Assembly: GCF_000150275.1 (NCBI RefSeq)
Contig: NW_002060946.1
Coordinates: forward strand, 4,235,454 to 4,299,453
Direction: 5' to 3'
From: Trichoplax adhaerens
Lineage: Eukaryota > Animalia > Placozoa
Length of the DNA stretch: 64,000 nucleotides
Both the position numbers and the translations under genes were made by a program. Of this stretch, positions 1-13,650 are shown piece by piece (the first letter of the stretch is position 1; every line of letters begins with the position of its first letter). Below the pieces are notes generated by a model. The model was not told the DNA's origin, searched no databases, and saw only the letters and a list, made by a program, of their open reading frames with translations.

Positions 1-718
1 AGGCTAGCTAGCCTAAACGCCTTTCGAGTATTGATATAAGGGGCCTAGAAGAATAGTACTAATTTACTAGACTCAATAGCTATTATTTCCTTTACAACAA
101 TATGATTTCGTTCATTATAGACGAAGCGAATCTATTTTCTCAATTTCTTGAGTACTATTGAAACCCTCAATTTGAATAATTGTTTCTAAAACTTGAATGA
201 TTGGATTATAACTAACAGGTATAATATCAATAAACTTCATTCTTCCCTGTAGCATATAAAATGGACAGAGTAGCGAAATAGACCGGTCCAAAATTTTTAT
301 TTGCATATGTGTAAGCTAAATACAAGAGAGACAGTCAAACATACACTATTAAGTGTGTCATTTACGTAACTTGTATAGCAAGTAGTATACAAATGCTATT
401 TTTTCTGAAATCAGTACTAGTACTTCTTCTTAATCCAATACATTAGATAGTGATAGGATTCATTCTATGAACTTATTTTTATGGAAAAAGAAATAAATTT
501 CAAACTGGGATAAAAAAGAATTATATCGATACACAACTACGTATCTATCTACTTTTATTTTTAATACTAATTGTGCTTGATAATGTTATTAACCCCCTCT
601 CCTGTAAAATAGTAAATATAACTAATGAGATCCTATAAATTTATCGATCCTCCACTACAGCAAAGCAGAGATTTTTAAAAAGTGGAGGCTATGGTTTTAT
701 TAAGGAGATAAACCAAGT

Positions 719-3700
719 TTAATCATCCGGATCCTCTTGTGGGGATTCAGAATACTGCTTTCGGAATTTGCGATCTTGATAGAATCGATGGCCATCAATA
801 ATTGATTGTGCCAAAACCAAAAATGCTGTGAAGAAGCCAAATACCTTTAATTTAAGTACCGATAGAAATAAAAGTAATTGTAAACCAAATTTGCTTATAA
901 AGTAAATATTGCTTTCAAATGCATTGGATGATAGTGAGAACGAATGCTGTAGCAAGCTGTCAAAGAATTGAAATAATTTGAAACAGTTTTTTAATAGCTA
1001 TTAAATTACAACTTATAGTTGTATGACTACTCCTCGCAAAAAGATATAGATAAAATGTACTTCATAATAATGAAAGAGCAAAATAGCTCCTTGTCAAACA
1101 GTTGAGCTATTTTAAAAATCTACCAACATACAACGTACAGTAATATGGATGTGGGAAGATACAGGTGAAATATATTTTATAATGATCAGAGAGTCACTAG
1201 TTCTCCATCAAAAAGTTGAGATATTTTAAAACAGTTATATAGTATTGTAGCTATTAACAACAAATAACTTATAACACCGCTACTGAATATAGAAAGACAC
1301 TCGTAAAATATATTTTATTATAATAATGAGAACGAATAACGTGCTCGTATTGTCGAGAAGTTGAGACATTTTAAAGCTGTTTTCTAATAGTTATTAACTT
1401 ACAATATAATACGGCTACCGAATGAAGAAAGATACTGGTAAAATATATTTTATAAAGGAGAGAAGAATGAATACAATACTATCAAAAAGAACTGAGCTAT
1501 TTTAAAATGGCTTTAAATAACTATTAGTAACATACGCTTATATTTAGTAATTCTTTATAATTCATCACTCGTAATATAACATGGCTACCGGGCATAGAAA
1601 GCTATTAGTAAAATATATTTTATAATGATGAGAAAAAAATATGACACTGTCAAAGGGTTAAGGCATTTTAAGACAGTTTAAGAACTCCTAATTTACAACA
1701 CAATATGGCTGCCGAATATAGCTATCGGTAAAATACATTTTATAATGATAAGAACGAATGACATACTGTCAAAAAAATTAAAGCATTTTAAGACAGTTTC
1801 AATAGCTCCTAACTCACAATACAATATGGCTACCGAATATAGAAAAATATTCGTAAAGTATATCTCGTAATAATGAGAACGAATTGCGTATGCCAAAGAA
1901 TTGATGAAGGCATTTTAAAACAGTTTTTAGTAACCTAGAATTTACAACAAAGTATGGCTACCGACCAGAGAAAAATACTGGTACAATAGGCACCATAGAC
2001 TTACCACCGCAGCTTGTAATTGAGCGAAATTCAATTTTCCCTTATAAGTTTTGATATTGGCTCGTTGGCCCATCGCAATCGAGCCGGTTGCTAAGCCATT
2101 AGCAATAAAATATAGCATAGATACACAGCCACATAGAATTGCTTCCTGTATTTACACGGGTAGATCATGATTATTCAAAGAACAAATACTTCAGCAGCAT
2201 GATAGGAATACATTTATTAAATTATAATATAATAATTTAACGTAAAGTTTCTTATTCTGACTACTATACCGTACATGACAATTAACGATTAATCTAGTAA
2301 AAGATATAAGCTTTGAAGGTTAAGAATGAGAAAAATTAGATACCGTAGCATTCCAATCGATTTGCATTCGTTCCGTTAATCGGATGGTTTTAATTATAGA
2401 CATTACGGTACTATAAAGAAAGGTGAATACACTCATAAAGAGGAAAAATCTCATCCAAGCTGCATTAGGTAGGCTAGTATAATTAAATAATGATCCATTC
2501 AATGTTTGATTCCATCCAAATACCAAGGAAAATGCAAGAATGGAAGTTACCTATGGAATAATAATATTAAAAATCAAACATATTTTTATTAATTGTAATT
2601 TAGATTCTATTTCCAAGTTGGTAACATTTTTAATTTGGGAAACTATTCATAAATGAAACAGGTTTCACTCAGAAAATCTTATTTTTTACTAAGAATTATA
2701 GGCTTCTAATAGTATTAGCTTGATATTAGGTGATGATTATGGATAGCCATGAACATTGAGATTATATTTATGGAAGTGGCCATCTTTTCCCCACATGGCG
2801 ACATATTCAATTGAAAAACTATTACTATGCAAGTTAGTTCTTCATTTAGTGTATTCCGTTTTTATTGATTGCACAAACTTCCCTAATCATCAATTTGATA
2901 TATGAGGATCATAGCTAGAATTTCATACTAAGATCAAAAGTCAATCTCTTGGAAACACTTTCCTTAACGCACAAAGCGATCACCTAGCGAATTCTGTTTT
3001 TTAGTGACTAGCATAGACTTCTCATAACATCAAATTGGTCTAGCGAAAGGATTGGAGCTACCCATAGTCCTTGAGAATTTTTATACGTAAGATGAAGAGT
3101 TGTTCTCTTTGAGAAGCATTTATAATTTGAAAATCATCCTCAATGTCAAAGGCAATTTTTTATTAGCTAGCATAAATTTTGCTTATTAATATACTGTATT
3201 CAAATGATTCAGTTTGATACCGTAGAATGATTGTTCATAGCAAATTTATTGAGATTGATTGTGGAAAGGGGGATTTTTCCCTTATTACTGACATATTGTA
3301 TTGGGAAGGTATTGTACAGGAATTAGCTCTTGCAATGTCAATCAGATACTGAATAACAATTGCTGATAGTAAAATTCGTCGGAATTCGAGATTGCTGAGG
3401 TTAGCATTTCTTTCTCCTCTTGAACCTTTTATATTACTAAATAAATAGCACATCAATCATGTCTTCGTTTAAAATTGAACTGAAATTACCCGGCGATTAC
3501 TTACAGCAAATACCATTGTACCGGCATTTTGGCTAAAATAAAATTATAAATAATATACATTTTTATTGCTTTACTCAAGAACTGCAATGAAAATAGAGCT
3601 CAGGTAGGCTTAGTCATTTTTTATAGTTAGTAGCCATTGCTGAGATCATTAAGATAGAGTATTATCAACGTTTTGCAAATTTTTCCATTTTCTATTTTAC

Positions 3701-4720
3701 CAAGGCATGATATGATGCGTTCTTCTTGAGGATACATAGTTATGTATGGCGATTGTAAAAGGCACTTTCACAAAATTGATAGTTGAACTCTCATCAAAAA
3801 AAGTAATTCACTCTTTGATTTTTATATCGCCAACGAAAGAAATAATAGGATTGAATAGATTCATTGAAATTTTACTTTTTCTTGATACTCGCCTACTAGC
3901 ATGCTCTCTGATTTTGATGCCTTGAGTTAAGAATATTATGGCTAGTGAAAATAAAAGTGAGTCATTTCTAGGTCTAAAAGTAGACTAGCTATTCAAAGTG
4001 AAAGAATTTTATTCTAATATCGATTTAGATATTGTTATATGCACTGAGTACCGGCAATCTTAGAGAATCTGAATATCGAAGTGTTTGATTAGAATGATTT
4101 GCAATGAACAACGATGAAATATGAAGTAATTTTCGATAATTTTTCGCTGTAGAGAGTTCTTAAAGGTATTAGTATTGGCTATAGCATCAAGTTAATCTTC
4201 AGAACCCTCACTAGCAGGTCCATTTTGCACTCGTTTCATTGACGAATATTATACAAAAATGCTGCACCTTCTGAAGTAGATTGAACACTTGTAGTGAGAA
4301 CTGCCTGTTAAACTTAAAGGCTTTTAGCAAATAATTGCCCTATCTCAAAATTGACTAATAGACTTATTGTATTGCCCAATAAATGAATGATATCATTCAA
4401 TTTCAGCCTTTACCCTGACTATAATGTTTACCATTCTACTATCACTCGCTAGCAGCTTATTGCTTATGACGATCAAGAAATACTGTAAAGTATGACAGAA
4501 ACTCGACGAAAAATGAATACTATAGGCAGTAATAGTATCCTTGAAAGTGGAATCTCCGCGATCTTATTGCATACCTATCGAACAGCTAGATACTTACTAC
4601 TTGAGTTAGTGTTAAGGCACCATCCAAACTTTTCAAGTAGTCCTTATTGAATTTACTTGCATTGGATTGAGATTGATCTCCAGTTTCTTCTTCGCTGCGG
4701 ATCGGAGTTGTTTCTGACAT
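719..4720 (-). CDS. MARVEL-domain tetraspan membrane protein (CMTM/plasmolipin/MAL-like), ~198 aa. Exons: 4598-4720, 2344-2550, 2005-2145, 719-844
   Basis: Four exons joined by GT-AG introns, all phase 0, give one open frame: MSETTP...DYLKSLDGALTLTQV|VTSILAFSLVFGW...RFFLFMSVFTFLYS...DWNAT|EAILCGCVSMLYFIANGLA...LQAAV|VFGFFTAFLVLAQSIIDG...*. It has four hydrophobic segments and the MARVEL-like 'YLKSxxGxL' and 'AAVVFGF' signatures. Confidence 0.88.
930..1985. repeat. Degenerate ~120-bp tandem array (about 8-9 copies) filling intron 3 of the first MARVEL gene
   Basis: The core 'ttataatgatgagaacgaat...tgtcaaa...gagc/gcattttaa.acagttt...aatatggctaccgaatatagaaa' recurs about every 120 bp (e.g. near 1320, 1450, 1620, 1740, 1865). 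Confidence 0.8.
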
Positions 4721-6566
4721 GATAATAATCTAATTTCAGATCAAGTCCAAATTGGAAAGTTGCTATTACCCAAATTATAAATACTCCTAGAGTAAAGCAG
4801 AAGAAGTAATTTTACATTCAAATACCGCTAACTAGTTACTGCAAATAATAAGGAAAATCAATTTTCCTGCCTAATAGATGGAAAATATCTAGTTACCGTT
4901 TGATATACGCGCAATTTGATGTGAATGTTTAATGGGCAATTCCTCTATTCTCATCATGAACAATAGACCACCATATGTCGGCATGAAACACAATTATTCT
5001 ACAATATGGCCATATACCCAATTAGAAGGCGAAACGAGTTGCATGAGGTCATAAATTGCTATGAATAGGAAAGCTTAAGGAAGTTAATAGCAATATTTGA
5101 GTTTAAGAGCTACTTGCAACTGATTGCACTTAGAATGCCATAATTGAAACTGTAGTAATATCGCGCGAGAATGCTATAGTAAGGTAAGATATAAGCCTAA
5201 TATGAGGACTACCTTGGTAACCTTTTGTATCTTTGAATCAGAAATATAGATATACAGTGATACAGGAGTATGACTACTCCTGTCATCCATTTTACATGAT
5301 GACAACAATTTTAATCGTTGATCTCTTATTAAGTCGGAGAGAGTTACAGAAAGTATACAAGTAGGAATTACAACTTTGCATTTTAATATAGAAACATCAA
5401 GCAAATAGGCACCATAGAGATTCAGTTCTAGCTGAAATCATATCCATATTTCTCGGACACTTGGTTAATTAATTCTGAAATTACTAGGTAGAAGTAAGTC
5501 TAGTAAGAATAAAATTATAAAGAATGGTATACTCATTGGATGAGAAATCAGCTAAAGTTAAAAATTAAGAGAAAGTGTAGAAATTATCCATTATTAAATA
5601 CGATAACTATCTAGCCTATGCTAGGCCGTTATAAGAAGTGGCCGATAGATCAACCTTCGAACTATTTTCCAGACTAAACTAAAAGACGATATTGGACCAC
5701 GGATAAAATGATAAACTAAGTATTACGAAGCTAATTAATTAATTTATGAGCATGCAGGTTAATATACTTAATTGATGAGTATTTTAAACGCATTTTGTAG
5801 ATAAACAAATACAACATACATAGAATAAGAAACTCATGATAAAAAGAACATTGATATTTTATTACAATACTTTAGGTTCCAAAAATCAAAATTTTTGCAA
5901 TTTCTAACATTCATATTGAAACTGTGGCATCTGGTTAATTAACAGTTTTATTCGTAGAAAGTATAAATACTAATACTAGCTAAGCAAAATATGCCAATAG
6001 ACACTTTCATCTTGTTTAATATTTGAGATACGGTAATTTAGAGCTAAGATTTTTGTTTACGGAATACACGTTTTCAAGATAGCTTAAGAATTAAAATGCT
6101 AACACCTTACTAATATCATATCTTGCAAGTAGGATACTATATATTCAAGTTTGGTTCTAAATCATCAATTAAAGCAAAATTAGTTAAATTTATAATGATA
6201 AAACTGCTGCTTTAATAAAGCAAGAAATGATAACTAATCATATTTATGACAATTTTACTCAAATGTTTATACCTTCATTAGACTTAGGCTAAATAAATTA
6301 ATATACTATATACTATGCGAACATAACAACGGAAAGCGTAAACTAAAATAATAGATAATCATAAATTATTTTCCAACTAATTGATCATTGCATCTCTCTT
6401 TTCTCTTTAGTAAAGAGATACAAGAATATAAACTCAGCAAGAACGCATGTCATGCGTATTGAGATAGGATTGAGATTGTTGTTTAGGTATGCATTCTTAA
6501 TTAAATCATTTTAGAAAGAAAAAAGAAAAATGACACTGTCAACAACGTCTAAAATGATACTAGAAA

Positions 6567-8447
6567 TTAATGATAAACAAACTTTTGACGTGCTTGAATA
6601 TACTCTTCAGTCTGAAAGCATTGTTGCATCTGATCCAATTCGTAATTTCGATGGTCATGCAATAATTGAAACCAATCATCAGTCATTAATTTCCTCTTCT
6701 TATCCAATATACTTTGCACCTGTTCATCATCTTGTGTTAACTTATTGGCTTCAACACTTAACATTTGATCGAAATGATCATGATCTTTAGCAATTAGTTT
6801 ATCAAACATGCCTATTTTAACAGCTTGACGCGCTAACATTGGCACGACATTATTAGTAATTTGTCTAGCTCTCTCTTGGCCGACACGTTTAGGTAAGAAA
6901 TAGGTATAATATTCAGAACCGAATAACCCCATCGATTTATAGTGCGGGTTAAGGATGACAGCATCATGCGACCAAACCAAGTCAGCAGCTAATGCCATCA
7001 TAACACCACCTGCTCCGGCGTTACCTTGCATAGCTGATATGACAACTTTATCACGAATAGAGAAAATCTCTTTAACTACATCATCGATTGCATTAATGTT
7101 TCGCCATGATTCTAATGCAGGATCTTTAGAGGCTTCAATGGTATTCAGGTTAATACCATTGGAGAAGAAATTGTAGCCACCACATAATACAATTGTATTA
7201 ATCAATTGATCTTGGCTACAGCGGTGTATAGCTTGGCGTAGACGTAAACATTGCTCAGTACTCATAGCCCCATTATAAAATTCGAAATGAATATAAGCGA
7301 TGTTGCCTTGACGGTTTATCCAAATTTCTTGAAAGGTCTCAGGCCGATACCCGTATGAATAATATTCCATCTTAGGTGCGACTTCTTCTACACCTTCTAA
7401 TTCACATTGTGATAAAACTGATGTGGAAGGCAATTTGATAAATTGCCTACCATGGCTTGCTTTCATATGGCTGATCCATACACCTTGATTGTCGACAGTC
7501 TTGAATAGAACTGCTCCACTACGTTTAGCTATGATATCACCTGGTTTAGCGTCGGTCCGTTTATTAATTAATTCTGGCGATTTTTCAACATGAGCACCGA
7601 AAATTAATCGCCTAATGTTTGCACCATGAGCTGTATTTTCGGTATACATAATAGCGCCCGGTTGAGAATCTGACATACGAACAGTGTTAGCAATCTTATG
7701 AGCGGACATAGTTTTCCAATCGACAAGTCGATCATTCCACGCCATTTTGGCACGAAAAGATCCCTTGACATCCGGTTGATCATAATCTAATGGTCTCGGT
7801 GGTATTTCAAGACGGAATTGGTCAACAGCTTGTAATAAAGCTCGTACAGCAGCTTGAACAATTTCATTTTGATATAAGCTCGATTTGGTAGCTTGTCGCT
7901 TTATTGGGAATGTAGCTGTACTTGAAACATCACCAGCATCTATTTCGTCGGCCGCTTGTAATACAGTTACTCCCCATTCCGGCAATTGATCATGTAATGC
8001 CCAATCGATTGAGTGTATCCCACGATCGCCAACAATGCCGGGATGAACAATCCAGCAAGGTGTGGATCGAGCAGATGGTTCATCATATAACTGTGGTGGT
8101 ATGCGCTTCGTCAAAAATGGGCAAATGATAATATCGGGATTTTCACGTTCAGCGCATTCTATCATCGTATCTGGACTTGGATTTTCAACAATTTCGACAC
8201 GATGGCCACGAGTGGTTAATTCAAGGTAAGCACGTTGAGTTAATGAATTATTGGAATTGCAGAAAAACAAGATATTATAACGATCGTGAACCTCTTCACC
8301 TATAACAGCTGATTCTGCAGTTTTTCTTGCAGTGACGGCCAGTTGATGGATTGGAGCAGCTGCTTGATGATGAATAACTCGTCGCAATAAGGACGTAGTT
8401 GATGAAAATTGGCGTTTACATAACTGATGTAGCTGACTTTTCAACAT
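6567..8447 (-). CDS. hoxX: HoxX/HypX-like protein (N-terminal formyltransferase fold fused to C-terminal crotonase/enoyl-CoA hydratase fold), 626 aa, intronless, with predicted mitochondrial presequence
   Basis: Family motifs present: NSLTQR, CPFL, VHPGIVGDRG..SIDWAL, WGVTVLQA..EIDAG, SDSQPG, FYNGAMSTEQC.RL, FFSNGINLNTIEA, GNAGAGGVMMALAAD, LNPHYKSMGLFGSEY.TYFLPKRVG, and C-terminal ARQKFVY. The ~56-aa N-terminal extension is rich in R/K/S/L and has no acidic residue before position 45. Confidence 0.93.
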   Translation of the reverse strand: MLKSQLHQLCKRQFSSTTSLLRRVIHHQAAAPIHQLAVTARKTAESAVIGEEVHDRYNILFFCNSNNSLTQRAYLELTTRGHRVEIVENPSPDTMIECAERENPDIIICPFLTKRIPPQLYDEPSARSTPCWIVHPGIVGDRGIHSIDWALHDQLPEWGVTVLQAADEIDAGDVSSTATFPIKRQATKSSLYQNEIVQAAVRALLQAVDQFRLEIPPRPLDYDQPDVKGSFRAKMAWNDRLVDWKTMSAHKIANTVRMSDSQPGAIMYTENTAHGANIRRLIFGAHVEKSPELINKRTDAKPGDIIAKRSGAVLFKTVDNQGVWISHMKASHGRQFIKLPSTSVLSQCELEGVEEVAPKMEYYSYGYRPETFQEIWINRQGNIAYIHFEFYNGAMSTEQCLRLRQAIHRCSQDQLINTIVLCGGYNFFSNGINLNTIEASKDPALESWRNINAIDDVVKEIFSIRDKVVISAMQGNAGAGGVMMALAADLVWSHDAVILNPHYKSMGLFGSEYYTYFLPKRVGQERARQITNNVVPMLARQAVKIGMFDKLIAKDHDHFDQMLSVEANKLTQDDEQVQSILDKKRKLMTDDWFQLLHDHRNYELDQMQQCFQTEEYIQARQKFVYH

Positions 8448-10705
8448 TATGAAATAATATTCTGGATTAGGCGTATTTAGAAAATGACTTCAAGGATCGT
8501 TGATTGATTATCCTAATTGTATGAATTGAATAAAAAATGACAATTACTTCCGGTAAACGTTATTTCTGTAATTGATTTGACAGATTTTATGCTATTGCGT
8601 ATGTATATATATTTTGATTTGGGTAAAATAAAATGGAGATTTGGCTAAATAAAATGAAGTAATACAATCTGCTAAACTAGATCGAAAGACAATTAAATTA
8701 TTGACTTGGTGTGTCTTAATTTATATTAAAAACTCGGCAATTCAATTTTTGATGCCAATTTATAGTTAATGACAACAGTACAACTCCTACTCTATGATTT
8801 CTTCGACAAGTGGGTAGTTAGTGTAGCCTTAGAATAAATTATAGGTTATTTTGAAGAGACTAAATATTTAATATTGGTCATATTGATAGGCCACAGAAAT
8901 ATGCGGAATAATTTATATCACTTGTATTATCATGTTAATTGGGCTAGTTAATGTGTTTAGACGATCACCATAACATTGAACTTTGAACTTTATTACTAGA
9001 GCTTATTAAATGGCAATTAATTATTTAATTAACTTAAAAACATAGTTTACTATCTAATGATATACTGTAATTACTATTTAGACGAATAAAATAAAATCTA
9101 GGTTAATTTTTCAGCTTTTACATGCAACTTTCGCGTGTAACGGAGAAAAATTAGATCTGTGTCCAATTGCACAGTAATTAACCCTTGACCTCATTTCTGA
9201 AACATGAATTGTGATTAAGACAGAAAGTTTAAGATTTGCTCCCCACATGTTGCTCAAATATAGCAATACCATTATTAAAGTACAGTTTAAGTACGATATC
9301 AATTACAAATTGAGGTGTAAAGTAGCAGGAATAAAAGGAAATAAAATGAACTTTCCGTCCAATCGGATATCATTTCAATTTACGGAGAGAATTATTGATA
9401 TCGTTAATGTTGATTAATTCTTCGTATATTGGAAGTCTTTCCATAGAAAATATTATCAACATATCGACTATTAAATTTAGCTATTCTTATTTTAATATCG
9501 GGACGTTATTTTCTCTATATCTTCAGTGAACAATGTCATGAATTCGACTCAATATCTAGGACATTATATAAATTGATCAGATGGAATGTCTAATTCAACG
9601 ATATTAACACATTGTTTGAAATTTATTTACATTTAAGGACAGTAACTTAAATTGGCAATTTTGATAGCGATAGCCTGCAATTTTTGCTTGTAAAGCATTA
9701 ATACGGAATGATCATAACTTGACCTAAGGTTACCTTTAGAACAATGAGGGTTAAAAAGTAATGGAAGAAATGGTTACACCCAAGCCAAAAAGAATTCTTA
9801 TTTAAGCGTTATTCGCGAATCCTTTTTCAAATAATGACTAAACAAGAAGCTAAAGCTGATCACGTGTGGTTAATTCCGTTGTTGTATGGTTATATCGGTT
9901 ATAATAGTCTTTTTAAGTAAATAAGAATATAAACTAAAGCTAATCATTTTCTCTCAATCTTATTCTTGTTTCAAGTTGGTTAGACTAAATCCTTTTAAAT
10001 AACTGATGAACATAAGCGAAATTAAATCGAATGTCCTTTAACATCGAAACAGTACGCGCATATCTAATAAATACGGGTTTAGCATTCTCCCAATTTTTAC
10101 ATCAGCTGCAAAAAGTTCTAGTTCAACTAACTTATATAAGCACAGGCTTTACTGAAGGAAAATTACTTAAAAATATTTCAATTAAATGCTCTAGTTGTAT
10201 ATAATGAGATTATTGAATAAATCTGGAGTTAAGCTTATCTGAGTATAAAAGAAATTAAAATATTTCGCTATTATGATTCTAATCAACGAAATAAAAACCC
10301 AATCAATTATTTGTTCTGTTATCACACTCGTTTATTATCCAGCTACGGTAATTTAATGAGTACTATTAACTTGTCCTGTTCGTTATTATTTAGCAATAGC
10401 AGTCTAATTAGTAATATTCAATTTAATACGACAAAAGAGCACGAATACATGATGACATTGGCTAGATTATCATAAAAGATAATAGATAAAGAAATTATGG
10501 GTACAAGACGATAGTATAATTGTTAGGAAGTTAATTCAGTTTCATTAAAAAGTAACTTTATCGTCCTATTGTACTCTTTATAACTGATTTTAACATCGAC
10601 GAGAGTTAGGACAAAAATTTTATTTCTTGAAAGATTATAATTGTCTACGATTTCCTGCATGAAAGTTAATACTCAAATTTTATCCTCTTGACCTGAGGAG
10701 AAAAA

Positions 10706-10802
10706 TCTATATATAATGTCGAATGGTAATACTATCTGTTAATTATTAACTAATGGGTACATTATCGTAAACCGTCAGCAAAGCGACGGGAGTTTGGACT
10801 AG
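10706..10802 (+). mobile_element. Miniature non-autonomous Helitron (97 bp, both termini present)
   Basis: Structure is a|TCTATATATAA...CCGTCAGCAAAGCGACGG (hairpin 10772-10789), 9 nt, then CTAG|t. It sits between A and T with no target-site duplication. A near-identical 3' portion recurs at about 59455-59525. Confidence 0.8.
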
Positions 10803-13109
10803 TTTCAATAAAATGGATCTTTTGCAGTCCATAAGTTGAGAGTTCATGTTCCATTGTAGACTTTTACATGTCAAGGTCAAATAGAATTAGCCCCTTAAGT
10901 GTTTTCGAGAGAGGATTATAAGGTGCACCTATAATCATTCCCCTTAAGTAATCTAGAGTTAGCGTAGCGAATTTTTGCTGCACCGATCACACTTTATGTT
11001 CAATTAGGATGTTTAGATATTCAAATGATTACTTAATAAAGACATTCAATTCATAATAATTTCTAGTATTTAGGGTTATGATAATATTATCCCACCATAG
11101 GCTCTACCAATAGATATGCGTTTTTTTTAAAATAGATATCTTATATGGTTATTATCTATCAGATCAATCACTGGTTAATGACCTTCTCTAGCATGCTGCA
11201 ATATTCGGTTCCTATAGCCTTGCAGCATATAATAAAGTGCTAACGCCAGCTATCTAAGACTGCGCAAATAATCAAATCATTAAATTAACAGATACATAGT
11301 GGTTTGTGACATAGTCGATCTTGTTGCAGACTTTTTTAAAACGGATATTCAAATAATTATGTAGCGAATGCATAGGTACCATGCTTAATGCAACGCTATT
11401 TTTATGGTATATGATGCTATCTTACTATAGTCTTGCTACAGACACTAATTCCATCTTTCGGCTACAGCAGGAATGCTAACTATCTGATAGCACTCCTTGA
11501 TATATTAAGCCAATAGCGGAAATAGTGCAAAATGCCCGCAAGATTGGTTTTACTGTCAGTAAGACAATACTAGGTCAATATGCTTGGCTAAAATCCGCAA
11601 AAAAATCAAAACAACGAGCTAGCTTATACTCATACGAAATCGATCATGATTTGGCTCCATTCCAGCTTACTACGCAAATCGATAACGCTATTTTAGACAT
11701 CCTCTTACATTTAAGAAAGTTGATAAAAGTTAAAACTTCTTCAGCAATTTCACTTGTTTACTAATCTTAATAATTGGAAATAAAGCTATAAATCACCAGC
11801 CAGACTCGTTGGAAAAGCTGATCAACTATCTGTTCCATGAGTAAAGTTGAACCAAATTTTCTATTTTAATTCATCTTACCTAACACTGAGGAAGGATAAC
11901 GGAACTTTTAGGCTCGTTGTTGGTTCCAAAGCAAGTAAAGAATGATCGTAAAGCTATAATTAGAATGTTTATATAGGTGCTAATCAGTCTCAGCTATTGC
12001 TAGTCTGATTAAACAATTGTGGTAATAGTTTTCAATATCAATGACGCTTGCTAAATTTTAGGCGGTACGGTAGTTTTTAGGAGAAAAGCTCTTAATCTAA
12101 AATAATTTCACAAAAGTCATATTGAAAAGATAACTTTTTCCACTTGCATGGAGGATAATGAGCATAGTTAAGACTCTCATTATTTCTTACTTGTTTGACT
12201 ATTAATCTTCCTACATAATCCCGCCTAGAACATGTTGCATTGTTTCCTTTTATTGAACAGAATGTTCTTCAATCAATAATCAAATAGAAAAGAATTGCCT
12301 ATATGGTAGATAAGCTAACTCCAAAGTGTTGATAGCCTCCCCCTCTAATGTCACTCAAAAGAAAATTGATCCATCAATCAATCTGTCAATTCGTCAGGTA
12401 CAAAGTTCAAGGAAGGGAATCATGGACGTGATTGGGAATGGTTGAACTCAAAATTATCTACGAACGGATTATGATTAATAAATATTATTTTAGATTTAAA
12501 AGATCAATCGTCGCCCTGGCACTGACACCGATGTCGCCATAAAGGATCATAAAGTCAATAAATTACAAGAAAATTAAATAACATCAAAGTACAGCGATGT
12601 CGTAGATTGTACTTTAAACTATCTGAAATTGGTATTAAATTTCCGTTGACCTGGATCGAATGATATTTTACATTGGTAAATATCTAATTTTAAATGAATC
12701 ACTAAACCTTAAACGATTTACTAAATAGAAATTAATTACCCTTATTGACTCCTTTACTTTGACGACTACTTATCGATTATTGAAACATCTACAATTCTCA
12801 TCACTTTCAATATTGCCGCAATTACCTTTACCAATTGGCTAGGTGATTGATTAAAATTTTTAATGTAGATTACTGCCACTTATCATACGAATTAGCCAAA
12901 GCATTTGTGGAATTCTTTAAATTAAACACTGCTAAGAAAACAAAGCATGTTATAACGTTGTTAGCGTAAGATTTTTAGCAAAGATTGGCGATGCGGGACT
13001 TGAAAGACAATATTAAAAAAGGATTAAATCAAAAATTTGGAATGATGGAATGCCATTGGCGATTGATTTGACGGAACAAAATAGGTGAATCTCACTACAA
13101 GAGTTATTC

Positions 13110-13650
13110 ACAATCTCATTGAAACTTTTAGCGAGTTGAAAGTTAGTTTAAAGTCCTGCACTTGCCAAGCACTATTCAGAAAAATGAACTTAAAATTTAT
13201 CCAAAATGTGTACTAGAAAATGGGTGATTATATTTCAAAAATGATTATTTATGCATTTATTCAAGGTACAGTAATTACGATTCGCAGTTTATTCAAGCTT
13301 TGAGAGTGTAAGTTGCAAGAATTCAGTAGAAACAGAATGATTGCGCTCAAAGATAGAGTAAAGAATTATCGTTTCATTAAAACAAGAGCGACCTAATAGC
13401 TATTTTAAAGGCCTATTGTACTTCCAAAGGTCATTCAGAAATGACTAATTTAAAATTTACCCTGAAATATAATTAAAAACAGATGATTCCACTTAAAAAG
13501 TAAATAAAGTTATTAATCGTAGATTTTATTGAAATAATGGGCGGATTGTCGCTTATTTTAAAGTTCTACACTTACTGAACATTATTCAGAAGGTCAACTT
13601 AAAATCTGCTAAAAACTATAGTGAAAACGGATGGATGCATTTAAATAATG
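13110..13650. repeat. Three decayed copies of a ~100-bp motif
   Basis: 'aagt.ct.cactt.c..a.ca.tattcagaa....aacttaaaat.t..c..aaa...a.t.gaaaa.gg.tg' occurs at about 13150, 13410 and 13560. Confidence 0.6.

Noticed and set aside
1693-1896. 67-aa hydrophobic ORF
   Set aside because: It lies in the intronic 120-bp tandem array. Other copies are not open and it does not fit the MARVEL exon chain.
6530-8128. Plus-strand ORFs 6530-6790, 6955-7176 and 7922-8128
   Set aside because: They are antisense shadows of the hoxX coding sequence.
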